NCBI GenBank assembly: GCA_902767015.1
Contig: CACXFV010000003.1
Span: forward strand, 873-64,872
From: an uncultured Lachnospiraceae bacterium
GTDB taxonomy: Bacteria; Bacillota; Clostridia; Lachnospirales; Lachnospiraceae
DNA length: 64,000 nt
Reading direction: 5' to 3'
Numbering within the stretch: position 1 is the stretch's first letter; each line of letters starts with the position of its first letter. The notes under the pieces are model-generated. The model saw nothing but the letters and a program-made list of their open reading frames with translations, was not told where the DNA came from and did no database searches. Positions 57,529-64,000 of the stretch are shown here, piece after piece. Both the position numbers and the translations under genes were made by a program.

Positions 57529-59838
57529 CTATGCAACCTTACTATTTTCCCATATTTCTGTCACAAGTACCGTCATATCATCCGCCAGCTTCGTTTTGTC
57601 TGCCACCGCTCTGTTCAGTATCGCCTCTGCCATTTCCTTTGGATTGGACGATTCAATCGTGCTGATAATCTCTCCCAGCCGTTCATCCTTATTCTCGCAG
57701 TTCATAGCGTCAATCACGCCATCTGATACCATAATAATCATATCCCCGTTATACAGCTTCTTACTGGCGGAATCATAATCCACAGTGGCAAATATCCCCA
57801 ACGGCATGGAAGTTGATTTGATGGTCTCGACCCAGCTGCCTCGTTTGACAAAGGTGGCTGCCGCCCCTATTTTGACCATATCACATATCCCGGAATGTAA
57901 ATCAATCACGCCATAGTCAAGGGTGGCAGGATGATCCTCCTCCGAATGCATTACCATCACAGAATTAATCATTTTCAAGGCACATTCCGCATCAAAACCA
58001 CTGTCTAACAATTGCTCTAATAATTCTATAACCGTCTCACTTTCAATACATGCACTGGTACCATATCCCATGCCATCTGACAAGCCCATGAGCAGATGAC
58101 CGTTATCCAGTTCTCTGAGAGAGTAATTGTCTCCGGAAATGCCATTATCCCCCCTTGCCTTTTTCGCTGCAGCATGGACTACGTAAAAATTCGCCTCCTC
58201 CACATAGGTCGTAGTGGTAAATTCCGTGCTAATCAGCTTTCTGCAATTTTTGGAAGGAATATATCTTCTTCCCATGGCATCACTGATTACCTGCGCGATT
58301 TCTCTGCTTCCAACCGTAACCCCTCTGCCACATTTTGCTGTCACAAGATACTCTCTCCTGTTTCTGCTGTTAGACAGACCTACAATCTTATCGATATATA
58401 CTTTTCTACCTTTCAGCCTGTGCCTGATATACTCCTCCTGCTCATCACTGATTCTGACAAAATCATAGACCTTTTTCGAATAATCCTCAATAATCTTTGA
58501 GATTTGCTCTAACTGTTCAGACATAATGACACGGCTTTCTTTTAACCTGTTCTTCCATATGGCATCTGCCATCTCCCCCGCCTGTACCTGACCACCCGCT
58601 CCATTTTGTATCTCATAGAGCATTCCTTCCTCGCTATTACCATCGCCAAACAGCATCTTCGATAAATACTCAAAGGTTTTCGCTACATTCATCAACCTTT
58701 CCTCATACATATTCTTTATTCCATCTGTATCACCATCGCCTGTGTTTTCTTCTCTCCGATAAATCACACTCTTTGGAAGCATCATAAATATCACCGCTGC
58801 TCCTAACATTCCCTTCATAATATTATGACCAAGCTGTCCCGTCTCATATCCCTGCGGCGCTATATCCGGATAAATGGCATAGTAACTCACTGCGCCCAGT
58901 ATCAGCATGGTGGTAGCACTTGCCAGTCTTCCCAACTCCCGAAACAGTCCTACCAAAATTGCAATCATGCATATCATTCCGAGATAACTCAGTTCGTGAC
59001 TCCACAGACACACCGGAACCGAAACAGCCAGTCCCACCAGCGCCCCCATCCCAATACCATGCTTATATGCCGCGTATAAAATCATGAAAAAGACAGCAAT
59101 CTCCACTCCGGCAAACGGAACCTCAAAATTCTGTCCCAAACTATAAATCAACATTCCGGCAATAACGGAAAAACCAAGCATCTCGTCATTAGAATAGGCA
59201 TGTTTTTCCACCAAAACAGCATTTACAGCCTTTCTGAAAATCATACATAGCAATCCCGTCATTACCGAAAATGCTCCTATCAACATCAAATTAATGAGCT
59301 GAATACGGTTCAGTTCTCTCATGGAATGTGTCATTGTATAATCTGAAATCTCCATAATCAGCATGATACTTCCGGCTATTGCTGCCGCCGCTTTTTCACT
59401 GATTCGCAGTTTTCCTATTGAGAGAAGTCTGTAAATAATGATAATCGCTAACAGTGTTGTGGCATTTTTAAAAACGATAATTCTCGGAAAATGGGTGTAC
59501 ATTCCCAAAATAAGAGCGAATACCGAAACCATTCCTGAGCTCTTTGACATGTTCAGTGCCGCAAAATATCCTATGCCGGCAGGCGCAAATGAAAATGTAT
59601 TAATTCCGGCAAGCAGACAACCGACAATATTCAGAAAAATAAGCCTTATTCTGCCCGACGGAAACGCCGCCGTTTCCCTCTTAGAAACATCCATTCTTTT
59701 TCCTACACTCTGTGTTCCATTCCCTGCTGCCACTTTCAATGCTTTTTGCATTGCCGCTTGTGATTCCTTCTGTACCGTCGTCTGTTCTTCTCTCGTCATT
59801 TTTTGAACTTCTTTTTGTTTTACATTTTGATTCATCAT
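57529..59838 (-). CDS. spoIIE: Stage II sporulation protein E (PP2C phosphatase)
   Basis: Multi-TM N-terminal region; SGDNYS, LSDGMGYG and MVSDGV...DDMTV PP2C motifs; yabQ-divIC-spoIIE-tilS synteny. Start 59838 after GGGAGG. Confidence 0.92.
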   Translation of the reverse strand: MMNQNVKQKEVQKMTREEQTTVQKESQAAMQKALKVAAGNGTQSVGKRMDVSKRETAAFPSGRIRLIFLNIVGCLLAGINTFSFAPAGIGYFAALNMSKSSGMVSVFALILGMYTHFPRIIVFKNATTLLAIIIIYRLLSIGKLRISEKAAAAIAGSIMLIMEISDYTMTHSMRELNRIQLINLMLIGAFSVMTGLLCMIFRKAVNAVLVEKHAYSNDEMLGFSVIAGMLIYSLGQNFEVPFAGVEIAVFFMILYAAYKHGIGMGALVGLAVSVPVCLWSHELSYLGMICMIAILVGLFRELGRLASATTMLILGAVSYYAIYPDIAPQGYETGQLGHNIMKGMLGAAVIFMMLPKSVIYRREENTGDGDTDGIKNMYEERLMNVAKTFEYLSKMLFGDGNSEEGMLYEIQNGAGGQVQAGEMADAIWKNRLKESRVIMSEQLEQISKIIEDYSKKVYDFVRISDEQEEYIRHRLKGRKVYIDKIVGLSNSRNRREYLVTAKCGRGVTVGSREIAQVISDAMGRRYIPSKNCRKLISTEFTTTTYVEEANFYVVHAAAKKARGDNGISGDNYSLRELDNGHLLMGLSDGMGYGTSACIESETVIELLEQLLDSGFDAECALKMINSVMVMHSEEDHPATLDYGVIDLHSGICDMVKIGAAATFVKRGSWVETIKSTSMPLGIFATVDYDSASKKLYNGDMIIMVSDGVIDAMNCENKDERLGEIISTIESSNPKEMAEAILNRAVADKTKLADDMTVLVTEIWENSKVA

Positions 59839-60024
59839 AATCCTCCCTGCATTTTGCGCTGTGCGCATCTTTTTTTCGGGTTATTATAATGGAGCAACAC
59901 TATATTTTTTGTCAAAATGATGTTCAAATAAAAAAAACTTTTTGACATTTTTACTGCCAAAAAGCTTTTCTCGTCGATTCTATGTAGTTCAACCGGTTTA
60001 AGAAGTTCAGTTTCAAATACTTCA

Positions 60025-60321
60025 TCATTTATTCTCAGGTTTTAAAATAATCTCGTCCGGATACACAAAACCTATCTTCTTCGCTTCTTCCTCAACATAC
60101 TTCTTCGTCTGGACATAGACACGCTGTTCCTCCAATGCCTCGGTGCGCCGGCTCTCTTCTTCATACTGCTGTTGCCTTGCAATCAATTCTGAATCTTTAC
60201 GTCTTTCAGTATCCTTCAAATGATTAATCATCACCATAAACACGCACACAAACACAAGGGTAAAAATCACTACTACTGTTCCGTTGATTTTATTTCCTTT
60301 CCTGTTCTTCTGTTTTCTCAA
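60025..60321 (-). CDS. divIC: Septum formation initiator DivIC/FtsB-like
   Basis: Basic N-terminus, TM helix, coiled coil, YVEEEAKKIGFVYPDEII; TTG start after GAGGTG. Confidence 0.8.
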   Translation of the reverse strand: MRKQKNRKGNKINGTVVVIFTLVFVCVFMVMINHLKDTERRKDSELIARQQQYEEESRRTEALEEQRVYVQTKKYVEEEAKKIGFVYPDEIILKPENK

Positions 60322-60793
60322 TATCCGCACCTCGTTTTCCAACTTGTTCTGTAACATGTATTTTAAATGGTTTTATCACTTTTTTCAATAGTTTATGCAA
60401 AATTTTAAATATTTTATTTAAAAAGTTGTAAAAAAATGTCTTTCCAATGAATTTAATGATTTTTCCCAAAAATTTATCCCATATTACCTTCAAAAGCCAA
60501 CTCACATATTTCACAATGAATCTTCCTGCTGCCCATTCCCAAATCAGCATTCCCATCAGCATAAAAATCACAATATAAGCTCTCACGATTCCGCCATTTG
60601 CGTGATACATAAAGGAGAATGCTGCAACTGCCAATACCATCCACCATATGATGTCTTCGATTCCGGTGAGCAGTTCTCCTCTCGGAAGGATTCTTCTGAA
60701 GATTCTCAGCAAATCATACAAAAAACAACCTGCTGCACCAATGAGCAGCGCTTCAAGTATAATATTAACCTCAACAACTATATCATGACTCAT
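60290..60793 (-). CDS. yabQ: Spore cortex biosynthesis protein YabQ
   Basis: G..LYDLLRIFRR..P......EDIIWW...NGG.VR.Y pattern; synteny. Confidence 0.9.
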   Translation of the reverse strand: MSHDIVVEVNIILEALLIGAAGCFLYDLLRIFRRILPRGELLTGIEDIIWWMVLAVAAFSFMYHANGGIVRAYIVIFMLMGMLIWEWAAGRFIVKYVSWLLKVIWDKFLGKIIKFIGKTFFYNFLNKIFKILHKLLKKVIKPFKIHVTEQVGKRGADIEKTEEQERK

Positions 60794-60825
60794 GTTTCTC
60801 CCCATTTTCAAACAACTATCATCAT

Positions 60826-61122
60826 TTATTTAAACAATCTCTTTAAGATTGAATCCGAATTTTGTTTTGAGGTATATTGAAGACTGTCGATATTCCCCTC
60901 AATATCCGCTTCCCCCGTCTCAAGGTTCAGTCCCTTTACTTTTAAATCCTTCCCCTTTATGATTAATCTTCCTAAAGAGGTATTCATGTCAATTGTATTA
61001 TTGTCAAATTCATCAATATCCGTAACACCCGTTATCGTCCCTGCTGTTCTGCCGCTGATAATCAGCTTGTGACCTAATATTTCCTTGTTATTGTGAGCCT
61101 CTCTACTCCCATACACCGCCAT
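60826..61122 (-). CDS. yabP: Sporulation protein YabP
   Basis: HKLIISGR...ITGVTDIDEFD...TSLGRLIIKGKDL...LF. Confidence 0.92.
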   Translation of the reverse strand: MAVYGSREAHNNKEILGHKLIISGRTAGTITGVTDIDEFDNNTIDMNTSLGRLIIKGKDLKVKGLNLETGEADIEGNIDSLQYTSKQNSDSILKRLFK

Positions 61123-61337
61123 TTTACCATCTTCTCCCCTTTTCTAATTCTTAACGCCGCACAATTCATTCCGGACACCTTTTCTGTAATTATTTTTCCT
61201 GCACCATTTTTTACACCGTGCATATCCCATGCACAGCTTGTGATATGCCACCAACCGGACTGTTCAATATCAAGTATATTGAACTAATTGAGAAAATATG
61301 ACAGTAAATCAGCTCCTATTCAGAGTACGGAATGATA

Positions 61338-61577
61338 TTAAAGCTCACGGTACATCTCTTTTGCCTCTTCCTTTTTGACCGTTTCTGCCACCGAGAGTAC
61401 CTCCACCTTAACAGATCTGGTTCCAAACAGAATCTCAATGATATCCCCTGCCTTTACAGCCGCAGATGCTTTTGCCGGCTTATCATTCACCAATACTCTT
61501 CCTGCGTCGCATGCTTCATTGGCCACAGTTCTTCTTTTTATCAGTCTTGAAACCTTTAAATATTTATCTAATCTCAT
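61338..61577 (-). CDS. yabO: S4-domain RNA-binding protein (YabO/RqcP)
   Basis: MRLDKYLKVSRLIKRRTVANEACDAGRVLVN. Confidence 0.94.
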   Translation of the reverse strand: MRLDKYLKVSRLIKRRTVANEACDAGRVLVNDKPAKASAAVKAGDIIEILFGTRSVKVEVLSVAETVKKEEAKEMYREL

Positions 61578-61592
61578 ACTAATCCTCATTTC

Positions 61593-61696
61593 TTAGGAAC
61601 TGTTTATAATTAGCTTTTCACTTTGCTGTCTGTAATGCCTTCATCTATGGTATTGCTGCGGCTACGTGTTAAAAGTAATGAATGAACAGTTCCTTA
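61593..61696. mobile_element. 98-bp diverged MITE-like element with 9-bp perfect TIRs and TTA flanks
   Basis: TTA|GGAACTGTT...AACAGTTCC|TTA; aligns end to end with the 39849 element. Confidence 0.65.
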
Positions 61697-61755
61697 GCTA
61701 TTCTTTATTTTTTCAAAAACAGCCATCTGTCTTTCTCATAAACAAATAGCTGCGT

Positions 61756-61789
61756 AAAAAATACCCCTCACTATCCAAAGTGAGGGGAA
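61756..61789 (-). terminator. Terminator after hup
   Basis: Minus strand CCCCTCACT-TTGGAT-AGTGAGGGG-TA-T6. Confidence 0.75.
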
Positions 61790-61814
61790 CGAAATCACAA
61801 AGTCCGATGATTGA

Positions 61815-62090
61815 TTATTTGTTAACTTCGTCTTTAAGAGCTTTACCAGCCTTAAACTTAGGCGCAACTGAAGCAGGTATCGGCATTGGCTCTCCTGTCT
61901 GTGGGTTTCTACCTTCTCTAGCTTCTCTCTTAGCAACTTCGAATGTTCCGAATCCAACTAACTGAATCTTGTTACCTGCCTTTAATTCTTCGGTAACAAC
62001 ATCTGTGAATGCCTTTAATGCCTTCTCAGCGTCTTTCTTTGTTAATTCGGATTTCTCAGCGATTGCTGCTACTAATTCAGCCTTGTTCAT
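61815..62090 (-). CDS. hup: Histone-like DNA-binding protein HU
   Basis: MNKAELVAAIAEKSEL...LVGFGTF...GRNPQTGE...PKFKAGKALK. Confidence 0.97.
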   Translation of the reverse strand: MNKAELVAAIAEKSELTKKDAEKALKAFTDVVTEELKAGNKIQLVGFGTFEVAKREAREGRNPQTGEPMPIPASVAPKFKAGKALKDEVNK

Positions 62091-62368
62091 GGATGAACTC
62101 CTCCTCTGTTTTCATTATAATATTTACTTGATCACATTCAAGTTCTCTTATATGGAAAGCTACTTGGACATGCCTTCCACTCACATGTTTATTTATAAAC
62201 TGTAAAATGTCATTTGTCAAGGATTTTCGGCATTTTCTTCCAATCCTGCATCAACATTGGCAATTTCTTACAATATTGTACCGATATTTTTGTATATATT
62301 ATCAGAAATGCCGATTTAATAGGCTTCGATGTCCTATGATTGCCTCATTTTCCGTAACATCTTGTCTT

Positions 62369-62902
62369 CTAGGCTTCCATCTGTTTGCCCAGGAAATTGG
62401 CTGCCACTGCCAGCATCTTTAAATCCGTCTCATTAATCTTCTTATCTTCGCTTTTTACCATCATTGTAACCGAGCCTATAACATCTCCTTCACATATGAT
62501 AGGCTGAATTGCTTTTTGCAGTTCCTCTTCATCATTATCGGTTATTTTTATATTTTTTGTATTTTCACATACCATAGTACGGTTTTCCAATATATTTTCA
62601 AAATTTTTTGTGATGTTTCTTTCAAGCAGGTTTTTTCTTCCACCTGACACCGCCACCACCGTATCTCTATCCGTTATGATTACCGTATGTTCAACAAAAG
62701 ACGCCAGACTATCTGCATATTGTGCAGCAAAAAGCCTTATTTCTCCCATGGGAGAATACTTTTTAAGCACAATCTCTCCCTCATGGTCAGTGTATATTTC
62801 CAGAGGATCTCCCTCTCTAATCTTTAATGTACGTCTAATCTCCTTCGGAACAACAACTCTTCCTAAGTCATCAATACGCCTTACTATACCTGTTGCTTTC
62901 AT
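62369..62902 (-). CDS. spoVT: Stage V sporulation protein T (AbrB-like plus GAF)
   Basis: MKATGIVRRIDDLGRVVVPKEIRR...LKKYSPMGE...FLGKQME. Confidence 0.95.
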   Translation of the reverse strand: MKATGIVRRIDDLGRVVVPKEIRRTLKIREGDPLEIYTDHEGEIVLKKYSPMGEIRLFAAQYADSLASFVEHTVIITDRDTVVAVSGGRKNLLERNITKNFENILENRTMVCENTKNIKITDNDEEELQKAIQPIICEGDVIGSVTMMVKSEDKKINETDLKMLAVAANFLGKQMEA

Positions 62903-62995
62903 TCTACCCTCCATCTGTATCTGCATTTTCCATATCAATACATTAACAGATTGTCTCCTTCTTAAATTATTTCTATAACAATATCAGCAGCTGCA

Positions 62996-63050
62996 GTGAA
63001 TGAACTGCTCCCTAGGAACTGTTCCTTAGTCATTCTGCTACAGTTCCTTA
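62996..63050. repeat. Cluster of degenerate or fused ends of the MITE-like family
   Basis: TGAATGAACTGCTCC-CTA-GGAACTGTTCC-TTA-GTCATTCTGCT-ACAGTTCC-TTA. Confidence 0.55.
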
Positions 63051-63165
63051 GTGGTTATCGCAGATCCATAAAAACAATGATTAAATTTTTACACATCTTG
63101 CAATTTATAACTATTATCTGTAAATTTTACAGAAATATACAAAAAAGAAACTGGGGGTATTTTCC

Positions 63166-63204
63166 AAAAAAGCTGCCACACTGCGTTCCCGCTTGTGTGA
63201 CAGC
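63166..63204 (-). terminator. Terminator after desulfoferrodoxin
   Basis: Minus strand GCTGTCACAC-loop-GTGTGGCAGC-T6. Confidence 0.7.
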
Positions 63205-63244
63205 CTCCTGATTCTTTTCCGGTCGTAGATATTGTCCTGCTTTC

Positions 63245-63619
63245 CTACGCCTCACTCTTCCATAATCCATGTAAATTGCAGTAAGCATATGCGCTTACCA
63301 GCTTGTCATCATCGCTGAGTACAAAGCTGCACTCTGGTGTCTGGTCAGGTGTCAGATTCTTTCTCTGTACTCCCTTCTCTGTCTCTATTGCAATCCAGTC
63401 AATGAAATGTGGTTCTGTCATCGGATGTGCTACAGAGCCCACATTGACAACCACCTTACTTCCATCCTGTGAAATGACCGGAACATGCTTCTCTACTGCG
63501 CCATCAGATGTTCCTGCCTTTAATTCCTTCATATCTTCTCCACAACATGTCAGTCCTGAGCACTTGTCCCTTACCATCTCGATGATATTTCCACATTTTT
63601 TACAGACATAAAACTTCAT
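63245..63619 (-). CDS. dfx: Desulfoferrodoxin (2Fe superoxide reductase)
   Basis: CKKC...CCG desulforedoxin site; EKHVP, HPM..HFI and CNLHGLW SOR ligands. Confidence 0.95.
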   Translation of the reverse strand: MKFYVCKKCGNIIEMVRDKCSGLTCCGEDMKELKAGTSDGAVEKHVPVISQDGSKVVVNVGSVAHPMTEPHFIDWIAIETEKGVQRKNLTPDQTPECSFVLSDDDKLVSAYAYCNLHGLWKSEA

Positions 63620-63800
63620 TAAAAAGTACCTCCTCGTAATTGAATAATCTTAGTTCCCTGCCCATTACCATTCACAGGCATCCTTCACCTGCACCTCATG
63701 TCCCGTTTCAGCTTTAAAAGGTCAGAACTCTATTGCTGTATAGCAGCAATTGACCGCATACACAATCGGACATTCGGTAGGGTAGAGCTTATATAACAAG

Positions 63801-63830
63801 ATAATACCAGATTAACACATCTGATGTCAA
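63801..63830 (-). promoter_or_regulatory. Sigma-A promoter upstream of the dfx leader
   Basis: Minus strand TTGACA-N18-TATTAT, starting immediately after the ldh stop. Confidence 0.6.
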
Positions 63831-64000
63831 CTAAATATCAAGTCCTTCAAGTATATTCTTAAGTGTCTGTGCAGATTCCTTTAATTTCTGTTGTTCCGTT
63901 TCATTGAGGGCAATCGGAACCTTCGTCTCAAGACCGTTCTTTCCTACAATCGCAGGCATACTTAACACCACATCTTCAATACCATACTCTCCATGCATCA
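63831..64000 (-). CDS. ldh: L-lactate dehydrogenase, C-terminal fragment (starts outside the window)
   Basis: Manual translation MHGEYGIEDVVLSMPAIVGKNGLETKVPIALNETEQQKLKESAQTLKNILEGLDI* matches the LDH/MDH-family C-terminus. Confidence 0.8.
   Translation of the reverse strand, partial: MHGEYGIEDVVLSMPAIVGKNGLETKVPIALNETEQQKLKESAQTLKNILEGLDI

Noticed and set aside
61593-61696. Invertible phase-variation switch flanked by inverted repeats
   Set aside because: No recombinase in the window, no clear promoter inside, and TTA direct repeats plus dispersed copies fit a MITE better.
63687-63783. 6S RNA
   Set aside because: The rod is ~97 nt against ~180-200 nt and lacks the sequence motifs I associate with clostridial 6S; kept only as an unknown structured RNA.

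Overview
Chromosomal window from a low-GC, motile, spore-forming Clostridia; the gene content and order look Lachnospiraceae-like (inference). Almost all genes are on the minus strand. From left to right: (1) late flagellar cluster (fliD partial, flaG, csrA, fliW, flgL, two flgK, flgN, flgM, yvyF, comF, recD2, rod-binding protein, flgG, flgF-like) with sigma-28-type promoters; (2) mbl, spoIIID, HdeD-type protein, ilvE, HAD hydrolase, buk, ptb; (3) cell-wall amidase divergent from an OmpR-family two-component system, an unknown membrane-anchored protein and an LCP protein; (4) mfd, pth, spoVG, glgD, glgC, PerR-like regulator, SpoIIQ-like and SpoIID-like proteins, glgP; (5) a ~3,585-aa sortase-type surface protein with a fibro-slime domain and 20 repeat modules of two types, then a GH13 enzyme; (6) ftsH-hpt-tilS-spoIIE-divIC-yabQ-yabP-yabO-hup-spoVT, desulfoferrodoxin and the 3' end of ldh. 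I found no rRNA, tRNA, transposase, integrase or true CRISPR array. The most unexpected signals are intergenic: a family of ~98-bp MITE-like elements (TTA-GGAACTGT...AC(A/C)GTTCC-TTA) with a conserved internal hairpin at four loci; a candidate C-rich ~95-nt small RNA between ftsH and the GH13 gene; a mosaic palindrome array after flgL; a long structured leader upstream of desulfoferrodoxin; and an unannotated 33-aa membrane peptide after mfd. All calls come from reading the sequence by eye; no database searches or folding programs were run.
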